Of a DNA stretch of 64,000 nucleotides, positions 38,584 through 49,100 are shown piece by piece (position 1 is the first letter of the stretch; every line of letters begins with the position of its first letter). The notes under the pieces were generated by a model. That model was given only the letters and a program-made list of their open reading frames with translations, had not been told where the DNA came from and made no database searches. Source of the DNA: Aminithiophilus ramosus. GTDB lineage: Bacteria > Synergistota > Synergistia > Synergistales > Aminithiophilaceae. The stretch is taken from the NCBI RefSeq assembly GCF_018069705.1, contig NZ_CP072943.1:2671668-2735667 (forward strand), in the 5' to 3' direction. The translations under genes were made by a program, and so were the position numbers.

Positions 38584-39767
38584 AAGCCGGAATCTACATG
38601 GACTACGCCGCGACGACCTTCGCGGCACCGGAAGTGGTCGAGGCGATGATGCCCTACTTCACCGATTCCTTCGAGAATCCGTCGTCGCTCTATTCCCGTT
38701 CCGACGGGAACAAAAAGGCCCTGGCCGAGGCACGACGCCGCGTCGCCGCCGTGATCGGCGCCGCGCCCGAGGAGATCTACTTCACCGGCAGCGGGTCGGA
38801 GGCCGACAACTGGGCCCTCAAGGGCGCCGCCTTCTCGCCCCGCCGCAGGGGGAAACACGTCGTCACCACGGCCGTGGAGCACAAGGCCATCCTCGAGACG
38901 GGCCATTTCCTGGAGCGCAACGGCTTCGACGTGACCTACCTCCCCGTCGACGGGAAAGGGCTCGTCAGGCTTGACGACGTGAAGGCGGCCCTTCGGGACG
39001 ACACGGTCCTTCTTTCCGTCATGTTCGCCAACAACGAGGTGGGAGCCGTCCAGCCCGTCGCCGAGCTGGGAGCCCTCTGCCGGGAGAGGGGAATCCTCTT
39101 CCACACCGACGCCGTCCAGGCCGCCACCCACCTTTCCATCGACGTCGAGGCCATGAAGATCGACCTTCTCTCCATGGCGGCCCACAAGTTCTACGGCCCC
39201 AAGGGGGTCGGAGCCCTCTACATCCGCAGGGGCGTCGTCCTGGACAATCTCGTCCACGGCGGCGGCCAGGAGAAGGGGCGCCGGGCCGGGACGGAGAACG
39301 TCCCCCTCATCGTCGGGATGGGGAAGGCGGCCGAAATGGCCATGGCCGAGATGGAGGTTGAGAGAGGACGCATCGCCTCCCTGAGGGACGATCTCATCGC
39401 CAAGCTCCGTCGGGCCATCCCCTACGCCCGCCTCAACGGCCCCGAGGGAGAAAGCCGCCTGCCGAACAACGTCAACATGAGCTTCATCGGCGTCGAGGGC
39501 GAGACGCTCCTTCTCGACCTCGATCTGGCGGGGATCTCGGCCTCGACGGGAAGCGCCTGCGCCTCGGCCTCTCTCGAACCCTCCCACGTCCTCATGGCCA
39601 TGGGACTCTCCCACGAGGAGGCCCACGGCTCGGTGCGGCTCACGCTCGGGAGGCGCACCACGATCGCCGAGATCGACGCCGTCGTGACGGCCCTGACGGA
39701 GATCGTCGCCCGGAGACGGGCCATGTCCCCCCTCTGGGAGGACTTTCTGAAGACGAAGGAGGCCTGA
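38580..39767 (+). CDS. iscS: Cysteine desulfurase (NifS/IscS class V aminotransferase)
   Basis: Motifs YMDYAATT, SGSEA, AHKFYGPKG and the active-site SASTGSAC. The ATG overlaps the upstream stop. Confidence 0.85.
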   Translation: MKAGIYMDYAATTFAAPEVVEAMMPYFTDSFENPSSLYSRSDGNKKALAEARRRVAAVIGAAPEEIYFTGSGSEADNWALKGAAFSPRRRGKHVVTTAVEHKAILETGHFLERNGFDVTYLPVDGKGLVRLDDVKAALRDDTVLLSVMFANNEVGAVQPVAELGALCRERGILFHTDAVQAATHLSIDVEAMKIDLLSMAAHKFYGPKGVGALYIRRGVVLDNLVHGGGQEKGRRAGTENVPLIVGMGKAAEMAMAEMEVERGRIASLRDDLIAKLRRAIPYARLNGPEGESRLPNNVNMSFIGVEGETLLLDLDLAGISASTGSACASASLEPSHVLMAMGLSHEEAHGSVRLTLGRRTTIAEIDAVVTALTEIVARRRAMSPLWEDFLKTKEA

Positions 39768-39772
39768 GAGCC

Positions 39773-40213
39773 ATGCTTTACAGCGAAATCGTCATGGACC
39801 ACTTCCGCAATCCCCGCAACGTGGGAGAGATCGAGGACGCCGACGGCATCGGCGAGGTGGGCAACGCCAGGTGCGGCGACATCATGAAGATGTACATCAA
39901 AGTCGACGACGACCGCATCGTCGACGTCAAGTTCAAGACCTTCGGCTGCGCCTCGGCCATCGCCTCGTCGAGCATGGCCACGGAGATGATCCTGGGCAAA
40001 ACGATCGGCGAGGCCTGGGAGCTCTCGAACCGGGCCGTGGCCCAGGCCCTGGACGGCCTGCCTCCGGTGAAGATGCACTGCTCCGTCCTGGCCGAGGAGG
40101 CCATCCACAAGGCCATCAACGACTACCGGCGCCGCAGGGGCCTCGAGGCCTGGGAGGAGAAGAGCCACGACGACCTCGTCGAGGGGCACAGCCATCAGGG
40201 CTGCGGCATGTGA
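39773..40213 (+). CDS. iscU: Fe-S cluster assembly scaffold IscU/NifU
   Basis: Motifs NPRNVGE, GNARCGD, KFKTFGCASAIASSS and LPPVKMHCS. Confidence 0.85.
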   Translation: MLYSEIVMDHFRNPRNVGEIEDADGIGEVGNARCGDIMKMYIKVDDDRIVDVKFKTFGCASAIASSSMATEMILGKTIGEAWELSNRAVAQALDGLPPVKMHCSVLAEEAIHKAINDYRRRRGLEAWEEKSHDDLVEGHSHQGCGM

Positions 40214-40650
40214 AGAATCCCGTGCCTGTTGCCGGGAACATCTTCGGCGGCAGGCACGCAGGAAGACCGGGTGCGACACCCCCTTCAGCTGCCGTCTTCG
40301 TAGGACTTCCGGGACGGGCCCGGCCCTTTGCAAAAACTTTTTTCAAAACCTGGTTCCTGCGGTGATCGGAACGATTCTGAAACCATGACACAAAGGCACG
40401 TTCGTTTCGGAAGGCCGGCAAAGCCCGTTCGCTAAGCCTTGCAATCACCGAGGCATCGGGGTACCCGAAACCCATGGGGCCGCGCTGAAGCTGGCGAAAA
40501 AGCCCGACGCTGACACCTGGCGAAAGACACAGGATCTTTCCCCTGTCAGTCGGCGATAGGGTCCACAGAAAGCCACTAGATTAAGAAAAAATTCATATTC
40601 TCGTTCAATCGATCTTCTCGCTGGAATGACACCTGATATTTTGAATTCCC

Positions 40651-40691
40651 ATCGAAGAGGTTTAGGCGACCACCGCCTAAACCTCTTCGAT
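40651..40691 (+). terminator. Perfect 18-bp-stem hairpin (ATCGAAGAGGTTTAGGCG-accac-CGCCTAAACCTCTTCGAT) followed by GTTTTAT; intrinsic-terminator-like
   Basis: Seen directly. It lies inside a 700-bp low-GC non-coding island between iscU and the Ysc84-like gene. Confidence 0.5.
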
Positions 40692-40957
40692 GTTTTATCG
40701 CCATTGCTTACGGAGCGGAATACCACAGAAGCGCCCGTCCGCCCACGAGGCGGCCGTGGAAAGCAGAGAAAGGCACCTCGGACCCACGCCGACGAGGTCA
40801 TGCGAGCGGACCTCGAAGCAGCGAACCCGACAGAGTTTATCTTGACGGACCTGCGGGTTCAGCACAAAGATCAACTCTGGTCAAAAAGTCGATTTTGTGC
40901 TAAAATAAAGAAAGATCATTCTATTTAAAGGTTAAAAAATTGAAAGGGGATGTTTTT

Positions 40958-41647
40958 ATGGTTCGAATCATTAAGATCCTGTCTGTCTTTTTGGCCCTCC
41001 TGTTGGCGGCAGGGGCCCTTCCCGTCTCGGCCGATTCTCCGGAGGAGCGGATCTCCGGCTCCGTCAAAACCCTCAGAGCGATGATCCAGCAACAGGACGT
41101 GGAGCAAATGGCTCATCTGCTCTCCAACGCCCGAGGCGTCGTCATCTTTCCCGCCGTCTATAAGGCCGGATTCGTCTTCGGCGGTCGTTACGGCGAGGGA
41201 CTCCTCCTCAAGTACGATCCCAAGACGCGGCGCTGGTACGGCCCCAGCTTCATGACCATAGCCGGAGCCTCCTGGGGGCTCCAGATCGGCGTCCAATCGA
41301 CGGCCCTCGTCCTGGTCATCACCAATGATCGGGGGATGGAGGGCTTCATCGGCAACAAGGTGACGCTGGGCGGCGATTTCGCCGTCGCCGCCGGACCCGT
41401 CGGACGAAGCGCGCAAGCCGCCACGGACGGCAAGTTCGAGGCTTCCATCTACAGCTACTCCATGAGCAAGGGGCTCTTCGCCGGACTCTCCCTGGAGGGA
41501 GCCGCCGTCAGCGTCGACGAGAACGCCAATCGCGCCTATTGGGGAAGCCCTATGACCTCCCGTCAGGCCATGGATAAGCGGGCCACGTCGTCGAAGATGC
41601 AGGCTCTGTTGAAGGAGCTCAACGCACTCATCCGCAAGGCCAAGTAA
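40958..41647 (+). CDS. Ysc84/SYLF (DUF500) lipid-binding-domain protein with a signal peptide
   Basis: Signal peptide (LSVFLALLLAAGALPVSA) and SYLF-domain motifs (GGRYGEGLLL, GASWGLQIG, LGGDFAVAAGPVGR). Confidence 0.65.
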   Translation: MVRIIKILSVFLALLLAAGALPVSADSPEERISGSVKTLRAMIQQQDVEQMAHLLSNARGVVIFPAVYKAGFVFGGRYGEGLLLKYDPKTRRWYGPSFMTIAGASWGLQIGVQSTALVLVITNDRGMEGFIGNKVTLGGDFAVAAGPVGRSAQAATDGKFEASIYSYSMSKGLFAGLSLEGAAVSVDENANRAYWGSPMTSRQAMDKRATSSKMQALLKELNALIRKAK

Positions 41648-41795
41648 CGCCGATCGGACGTTCAACGCCTCCGCCGAAGGCGCAAAAAGACGGAGAGAAG
41701 GGTTTTCCCTCGCCTTTCCTATCTTCACCCCCCGCAGAAGACTCAGGGGGCGGCCCGCCGGGCCGCCCCCTGAGTCTTGAAGTCCGGAAGATCGC

Positions 41796-42983
41796 TCACA
41801 GGCTGTAGCTTCGGAGGACCTTGCCCATGAGCCCGATGCCGTCGCGGATCCGCTCGGGCGGCATGTTGGAGAAATTGAGGCGCAGCGTGTTCTCGTGGCC
41901 GCCGTTGGGATAGAAGGCGCCGCCGGGAACGAAGGCGACCTTCTCCTTCAGGCACCGGGAGAGGAGGTCTCTGGCGTTGATCCCCTCGGGCAGTTCGACC
42001 CAGGTGAAAAGCCCCCCGTCGGGTCGGACGAAGCGCACCGACGGGGGGAACTCCCTTTCCATGGCCTCGAGCATGACAAAGCAGCGTTCGCGGTAGAGGG
42101 CGACGAGTTTCTCCACGTGTTCCTCGATGTCGTAGGCCTCCAGGTAGGCGTCGATCTCGCGTTGGCTGATCGTCGACGTGTGGAGGTCGCCGGCCTGTTT
42201 GACGAAGACGAACTTCTCCATGATCTCCGGAGAGGCGGCGATCCAGGCGATGCGCATGCCGGGGCAGAAGACTTTCGAGAAGGTGCCCTGGAGGATGACC
42301 TGCCCCCGGGTGTCCATGGATTTGAGGGCCGGAAAGATCGGCCCCTGGAAGCGCAGCTCCCCGTAGGGGTTGTCCTCGACGACGACGACGTCGAACTGCC
42401 GGACGACATCCATGAAGGCCTCGCGGCGCTCGACGGACCAGGTGCGCCCCGTGGGGTTCTGGAAGTCGGGGATGACGTAGATGATCCTGGCCCGAGGTTC
42501 CGACCGAAGGACCCGCTCCAGGTCCCGGGGATCCATGCCGTCGTCGTCGGTGGCCACCTCGACGAAGCGGGGCGAATAGCCCAGGAAGGCCGAGATGGCC
42601 CCCAGGTAGGTGGGGCTCTCGCAGATGACGGCGTCGCCGTCGTCGAGGAAGACCTTGCCGGCATAGTCCAAGGCCTGCTGGGAACCGGACATGACGAGGA
42701 TGTCCCCGCCTTCGAGAGCCGTCCCGAACTTGGCGTTCGTCCTGGCGGCGATCTTCTCCCTCAGGGGGAGATAGCCCTCGGTGGTGGAGTACTGGAGCGC
42801 CTCCCGACCGCACCGTTCGAGCACCTCCGCCGTCACCGTCTTGAGCTCCTCGATGGGGAAGAGCTCCGGCGCCGGCAGCCCTCCGGCGAAGGAGATGATC
42901 TCGGGATCGGCCGTCACCTTGAGGATCTCCCGGATGTCCGATGCCCTGAAATGGCCCATCCTGTCGGCGAACTTGATTTTCAC
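41796..42983 (-). CDS. PLP-dependent aminotransferase (class I/II)
   Basis: PLP-lysine region (GTFSKVFCPGMRIAW) and DNPYGEL. A GTG start follows a GGGAGG SD and is preferred over the longer ORF-track start. Confidence 0.75.
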   Translation of the reverse strand: MKIKFADRMGHFRASDIREILKVTADPEIISFAGGLPAPELFPIEELKTVTAEVLERCGREALQYSTTEGYLPLREKIAARTNAKFGTALEGGDILVMSGSQQALDYAGKVFLDDGDAVICESPTYLGAISAFLGYSPRFVEVATDDDGMDPRDLERVLRSEPRARIIYVIPDFQNPTGRTWSVERREAFMDVVRQFDVVVVEDNPYGELRFQGPIFPALKSMDTRGQVILQGTFSKVFCPGMRIAWIAASPEIMEKFVFVKQAGDLHTSTISQREIDAYLEAYDIEEHVEKLVALYRERCFVMLEAMEREFPPSVRFVRPDGGLFTWVELPEGINARDLLSRCLKEKVAFVPGGAFYPNGGHENTLRLNFSNMPPERIRDGIGLMGKVLRSYSL

Positions 42984-43197
42984 TCTATCCAGCCTCCCTC
43001 GGAACGTTTGGCGGCCATTATACCCCCTTTGCATACGGACCAGGTAGGACCTTTCTCCCCCTCCTTCCAGCGCCTCAGATAAGCGGCTAAGATAAAAACA
43101 AAGGATTGTTCCCGCCAGGCCGTCGCGGCCCGCCCTTCGGGGGGATCTCGCGGCCGCCGGGAGACCGAAGCTCGACACTCGAAAGGGAGGCGGTACT

Positions 43198-44736
43198 GTG
43201 AAGCGCGTCAGCATCCTGAACCACGTCATCGGCCCCATCATGCGGGGCCCCTCCAGCTCCCACACGGCCGGCCCCCACCGCATCGGCCGCATCGCCCGCG
43301 ATCTTCTGGGCGAAAAACCCCTTCGGGCCGATTTCTTCTTCCACCCCTCGAGCTCCCTGGCCGTCTGCTACCACGATCAGGGAAGCGACCTGGCCTTCGT
43401 CACGGGGCTGCTGGAGCGGGAACTGACCGACGGGGCCTTTCACGTCATGTTCGACGAGGCCCGGGCCGAAGGTCTGGAACTCTCCTTTTCGCTGGAGCCC
43501 TTCGACGAGGCCGACCACCCCAACAGCGCCCTCATCCGCCTCGGCGGAACGGGAGGGGCCTCGGTGACGCTCCACGCGCGCTCCGTCGGCGGCGGCTCCA
43601 TCGAGATCGCCTCCGTCGACGGCTTCCCCCTATGCCTCGTCGGAGACAGCCACGAGCTCCTCGTCGAGGTCGAGAAGGGCTTCGAGGCCGCCGCTCTGGA
43701 GAGACTCACCGCCTGGGACGCCAAGGCCGAGAGGATCGAGGGGGCGACGTCGACGCTCCTTCACGGCTCCTCCTGTCGCGAACCGGGGGAATCCCTGCTG
43801 GAGAGCCTCCGAAAAGACCCGGGGCTGCGCAACCTCCGCCGCGCCCGTCCCGTCATGCATCCCCTCTGCGGAGACCCTCTCTTCGCCGACACGGCCGAAC
43901 TTCTCGCCCTGGCCGACGGAGAGGGATGGAGCCTGGCCGAGGCGGCCCTGGCCTACGAGGGACGCCTTCTTGGCCTCTCGCGTGAGGAGCTCATGCAGGC
44001 GATGGACCGACGCCTTGCGGTCATGATCGAATCGGTCCGCCAGGGGCTGGAGGAGAGGCCCGCCATGAGGCTTCTCGAGCCCACGGCCGCCAAGCTCTTC
44101 GCCGCCGAAAGGGGGGGAAAGACCTTCCTGGGAGGCCCCCATGTCCGGGCCGCCGCACGGGCCCTGGCGGCCATGCACGCCAACGGCGGCAGCGCCGTCG
44201 TCTGCGCCGCCCCGACGGGAGGCTCGGCAGGCGTCATCCCCGCCGTGGCGACGACCCTCATGGAGGATCTCGGCCTATCGCGGGAGGCGACGGTGAAGGC
44301 CCTCTGGGCTGCGGGAGCCGTCGGCCTGGCCCTCGACCGGAGGAGCACCTTCGCCGCCGAAGTCTGCGGCTGCCAGGTCGAAATCGGCGCGGCCGGCGCC
44401 ATGGGCGCCGCCGCCGTCGTCGAAGCCGCCGGCGGAAGCGCCTCTCAGGCCTGCGACGCCGCCGCCACCGTCTTCCAGAACGTCATGGGCTCCGTCTGCG
44501 ATCTCGTCCAGGGCATCGTCGAGATTCCCTGCCACAGCCGCAACGCCGCCCTGGCCTCACAGGCCTTCCTCTGCGCCGACATGATTCTCGGCGGCTACGA
44601 GAATCCCGTCCCCCTCGACGAGACGATCGACGCCGTCGATTCGACGGGACGGATGCTCCCCGAGGAACTGCGCTGCACCGCCCGCGGGGGGCTGGCCCTC
44701 TGCCCCTCTGCCAGAGCCATGAGACGCCGCCCTTAA
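43198..44736 (+). CDS. L-serine dehydratase, iron-sulfur-dependent, single-chain (beta + alpha fusion)
   Basis: N-terminal beta-chain motif (ILNHVIGPIMRGPSSSHTAGP) fused to an alpha-chain region (GGSAGVIPA, CGCQVEIGAAGAMGAA). Confidence 0.8.
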   Translation: MKRVSILNHVIGPIMRGPSSSHTAGPHRIGRIARDLLGEKPLRADFFFHPSSSLAVCYHDQGSDLAFVTGLLERELTDGAFHVMFDEARAEGLELSFSLEPFDEADHPNSALIRLGGTGGASVTLHARSVGGGSIEIASVDGFPLCLVGDSHELLVEVEKGFEAAALERLTAWDAKAERIEGATSTLLHGSSCREPGESLLESLRKDPGLRNLRRARPVMHPLCGDPLFADTAELLALADGEGWSLAEAALAYEGRLLGLSREELMQAMDRRLAVMIESVRQGLEERPAMRLLEPTAAKLFAAERGGKTFLGGPHVRAAARALAAMHANGGSAVVCAAPTGGSAGVIPAVATTLMEDLGLSREATVKALWAAGAVGLALDRRSTFAAEVCGCQVEIGAAGAMGAAAVVEAAGGSASQACDAAATVFQNVMGSVCDLVQGIVEIPCHSRNAALASQAFLCADMILGGYENPVPLDETIDAVDSTGRMLPEELRCTARGGLALCPSARAMRRRP

Positions 44737-44819
44737 GAGCCGAGAGAATCCGCTTCGCGAATGAGTCCCGAAGAGCCGCGTCAAGCGGGCAAGGTCGAGG
44801 AAAGAGAGGCTGAAAAGAG

Positions 44820-46094
44820 ATGAACGTGACGAAGAGACAGATGATCGCCGCGGCGGTCCTCGCCGCCGCCCTGGGGTTTTTCCTCACCCTCGGGGGGCGC
44901 GAGACGCCTCAGGAGACGACGAAGGCCGCCCGCCCCGTCAAGACCGTCGTCGTCGGCGTCGGCGAAGGAGGTACCCTGAGGACCTTCCCGGCCCGGGTCC
45001 AGGCCAACCAGCGCGTCGATCTGGCCTTCCGCGTCTCCGGTCCTCTCGTCGAACTGCCCGCCTCGAAGGGCAAGCCCGTCGCGGAAGGCGAGCTGCTGGC
45101 CCGCATCGATCCCCGCGACTTCGACATACGCCTGGCCAACACCCGAAGCGCCCTCGACAACGCCAAGGCTCAGCTTTCGGCCATGAGGGCCGGCGCCCGC
45201 AAGGAGGACATCGCCGTCCTCCAGGCCCAGCTCTCGTCGGCCAAGGCCCGGCTTGCCGAGGCCCAGTCCCAGTTCAGCCGCTACGAGGCCCTCTACCGCG
45301 ACGGAGCCGTATCGGCCGCCGAGTACGACCGGGTCAAGTCGAACTACGAGGTCGCCAAGGCCCAGGTGGACCAGGCCGCCCAGGATCTGCGCAAGGGGCA
45401 GTCCGGCTCCCGCCCCGAGGACATCCAGGCCATGGAATCGACGATCCGAGGCCTCCAGTCCCAGGTCGACGCCTCCCAGGCGGCCCTGAAGGACACCGAG
45501 CTTCGGGCTCCCTTCTCGGGCGTCGTGGCCGATCGCTACGTCGACAACTTCCAGATGGTCCGGGCCGACTCGCCCGTCGTGACCCTCCAGGATCTGGACG
45601 CCATCGAGCTCGTCATCGCCCTTCCCGAGAGGGACCTGGCCCGGGCACGGGCCATCGGCAAGCCCCGCATCCGGGCCCGCTTCGACGCCCTCGAGGGACG
45701 GACCTACGCCGTGGCCCTCAAGGAAGTCTCCACTCAGACCGACCCCCAGACCCAGGCCTACAGCGTCTCCTTCGTCATGGCCAAGCCGAAGGAGCTCCTC
45801 CTCCTGCCGGGGATGACGGCCGAGATCCTCATCGATCTCGAAGGCGGAGGCAGCGACGCCACGCTCTTCGCCATCCCCCCTTCGGCTCTGATGGCCGACG
45901 GCGGCGAGAGCCAGTCGGTCTGGAAAGTCGACGAGGCGGCTCTCACCGTCCATCGCACCGCCGTCACGGCCGAGGGCTACAAGGGCGAGAGCGTCCTCGT
46001 CCGGGGGCTCTCGGCGGGCGACCGCATCGTCACGGCCGGAGTGAACCTCCTCTCCGAGGGCGACGTCATCACCCTCTTCGACGAATCGAACTGA
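44820..46094 (+). CDS. Efflux RND transporter periplasmic adaptor subunit (HlyD/MFP)
   Basis: Membrane anchor, coiled-coil hairpin, and beta-barrel/MP domain pattern. Confidence 0.8.
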   Translation: MNVTKRQMIAAAVLAAALGFFLTLGGRETPQETTKAARPVKTVVVGVGEGGTLRTFPARVQANQRVDLAFRVSGPLVELPASKGKPVAEGELLARIDPRDFDIRLANTRSALDNAKAQLSAMRAGARKEDIAVLQAQLSSAKARLAEAQSQFSRYEALYRDGAVSAAEYDRVKSNYEVAKAQVDQAAQDLRKGQSGSRPEDIQAMESTIRGLQSQVDASQAALKDTELRAPFSGVVADRYVDNFQMVRADSPVVTLQDLDAIELVIALPERDLARARAIGKPRIRARFDALEGRTYAVALKEVSTQTDPQTQAYSVSFVMAKPKELLLLPGMTAEILIDLEGGGSDATLFAIPPSALMADGGESQSVWKVDEAALTVHRTAVTAEGYKGESVLVRGLSAGDRIVTAGVNLLSEGDVITLFDESN

Positions 46095-46104
46095 GGCGGC
46101 GGAC

Positions 46105-49100
46105 ATGAACATCGCCTCCTTCGCCATCAGAAAAAAGACGGTCACCCTCTTCCTGACGGTCCTCATGGTCGTCGGCGGCATTCTGGCCTACGGCCGCCTG
46201 GGCAAGCTCGAGGACCCCGAATTCACCATCAAGACGGCCGTCGTCGTCACCACCTATCCCGGCGCCACCCCTCGCGAGGTGGAGGAAGAGGTCACCGACG
46301 CCGTCGAGACGGCCGTCCAGCAGCTGGGCCAGGTCAAGCGGGTCCGCTCCATCTCTCAGGAGGGCATGTCGACGGTCTACGTCGACATCAAGGACACCTA
46401 CACGGCCCAGGACCTCCCCCAGATCTGGGACGAGCTGCGTCGCAAAGTCAACGACGGGCAGAGGAACCTCCCGCCCGGAGCGGGCCCCTCTCTGGTCAAC
46501 GACGACTACGGAGCCGTCTACGGCGTCTACTTCGCCCTCACCGGCGAGGGGTACTCCCTGGAGGAGCTCCGCCGGACGGCCGACTTCCTGCGCAAGGAGC
46601 TCCTCCTCGTCGACGGCGTCGCCCGCGTCGAGATCGGAGGCATCCAGAAAGAGGGCGTCTTCGTCGAGATCGCACGGGCCACCCTGGCCCAGCTCGGCAT
46701 CCCCCTGAACCAGATCGTCCAGAGCCTTCAGGCCCAGAACCTCGTCGTCTCGACGGGCAAAGTCGACGTCGGGGCCGAGCGCCTCCGCATCGATCCCACG
46801 GGGGCCTTCACCTCCGTCGAGCAGATCGGCGGCCTCCTCCTCCGGGGCTCCACGGGAAACCTCATCCGCCTCGACGACATCGCCGTCATCAGCCGCGAAC
46901 CCGTCACGCCCTCCCAGTCCCTCATGCGCTTCGACGGCAGACCCGCCATCGGCCTGGGCGTGGCCAACGTGGCCGGAGGCAACGTCATCACCATGGGAGA
47001 GGCCGTCAAGAAACGCCTGGCCGAACTGGAGGGGCAGATCCCCCTGGGCATGGACCTGGGCCTCATCTACTACCAGTCCGACACGGTCCAGGCGTCGATC
47101 GACAACTTCGTCGTCAACCTCATCGAGGCCGTCGTCATCGTCATCGCCCTCCTCCTCGTCTTCATGGGCCTCCGGACGGGCCTCCTCATCGGCGTCATCC
47201 TCCTGCTGACGATCCTGGCCACCTTCGTCGCCATGAAGACCATGGCCATCGACCTCCAGAGCATCTCTCTGGGAGCCCTCATCATCGCCCTGGGCATGCT
47301 CGTCGACAACGCCATCGTCGTCGCCGACGGCATGCTCGTCCGCATCGAGACGGGTCAGGACGGGGAACAGGCCGCGGCGGCCGTCGTGAGCCAGACCCAG
47401 CTGCCCCTCCTGGGCGCCACCTTCATCGCCATCCTGGCCTTCGCTCCCATCGGACTCTCGCCGGATTCGACGGGCGAGTTCTGCCGGAGCCTCTTCCTCG
47501 TCGTCGCCATCTCTCTCTCTTTGAGCTGGATTCTGGCCGTCACCGTCACCCCCCTTCTGGGCGTCATGACCCTCCGGTCCTCGCCGGCCATGGAGGGCAA
47601 GGATCCCTACGGCGGCAGGCTCTACGACCTCTACCGCTCCGTCCTCCTTTTCTGCCTGAGGAGACGGGCCGCCACCGTCGCCGTGACCATGGGACTTCTG
47701 GCGCTGGCCTTTTTCGGCTTCGGCCGCGTCCCTCAGACCTTCTTCCCCGACTCGTCCAGCCCCCAGTTCTCCATGGACTTCTGGTGGCCCCAGGGGACGC
47801 GCATCGAGGAGACGTCCGATCAGATCCGGCGCGTCGAGACCTTTCTCCTCGAACAGCCCGAGACGGAGTCGGTGACGACCTTCGTCGGCCAGGGAGCGCT
47901 CCGCTTCATCCTCAACTACACGCCGGGCGACCCGGGCAGCAACTACGCCCAGATCATCGTCAAGACCCGCGACGCCGCCTTCACCCGTCCCCTCATGGAG
48001 AAGGTCCGCACGGCCGCCCAAAGGGACCTGCCCGACGTGGAGCCGCGCATCAAGGCCTTCGCCAAGGGAACGTCGAGCGGAGCCAAGGTCCAGGTCCGCC
48101 TCGTCGGATCCGACAACGACGTCCTCCGCCGACTGGGCGAGGAGGCCCGGGGCCTCATGATCGCCGACGGCAGGACCGTCAACATCCGCAACGACTGGGA
48201 AAACCGCGTCAAGGTCATCCGCCCCGTCATCGACGAGGCCCGGGCCCGCCAGGCGGGCCTGAGCCGGCCCGACATCGCCGGAGCCCTCGAACTGGCCTTC
48301 GGCGGCACCCGGTCGGGACTCTACCGCGAGGGCGACCGCCTGATCCCCATCATCGCCCGCTTTCCCGCCGCCGAGCGGGACAACGTCGAGACCCTGCCCG
48401 ACACGCCCGTCTGGAGCCCCCTCGTGGGACGCTACATCGCCCTCAGCCAGGTCACGGAGCGACTGGCCACCGTCGCCGAAGATCCCGTCATCCGCCGCAG
48501 GGACCGGATGAAGACCCTCACCGTCGAGTGCGACGCCGGGGACGGCGACGCCAACGCCCTCCTCGAGCGCCTCCGCCCCCGCGTCGAGGGGCTCTCCCTT
48601 CCCCAGGGCTACCGCATGGAGTGGGGCGGCGAATACGAGAGCTCCCGAGACGCCCAGAAGGGGCTCATGGGGATGATCCCCCTGGGCTTTCTGGCCATCG
48701 TCGTCATCCTCGTCGTCCTCTTCAACGGCCTCAGGGAGACGGGGCTCATCCTCCTCTGCCTTCCCCTCTCCCTCATCGGCATGACGGCGGGACTCCTCCT
48801 CATGGGCCAGCCCTTCAGCTTCATGGCCCTCCTGGGCTTCCTCAGTCTGGCCGGCATGCTCATCAAGAACGCCATCGTCCTCCTGGACCAGTTCAATCTC
48901 GAGATCGGCCAGGGCAAGCCGCCCTTCCAGGCCATCGTCGACTCCTCCGTGAGCCGGACCCGGCCCGTCCTCATGGCGGCCCTGACGACGGTCCTGGGCA
49001 TGATTCCTCTCTACTTCGACGCCCTCTTCGCCTCCATGGCCGTGACGATCATGTTCGGCCTCTCCTTCGCCACGGTCCTGACGCTCCTCGTCGTCCCCGT

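Noticed and set aside
40340-40700. Possible RNase P RNA, tmRNA, SRP RNA or cobalamin riboswitch in the low-GC island after iscU
   Set aside because: Fragments such as GTCCACAGAAAGCC and GCCACT only loosely resemble RNase P P4 or the B12 box. The invariant GGAAAGTCCGG, tRNA-like tmRNA ends and the full B12 box are absent. It is kept only as an unclassified structured region.
40955-40975. tRNA T-loop-like GGTTCGAATC motif
   Set aside because: It lies inside the Ysc84-like coding start (MVRIIK). The flanks do not form a T-stem or acceptor stem.
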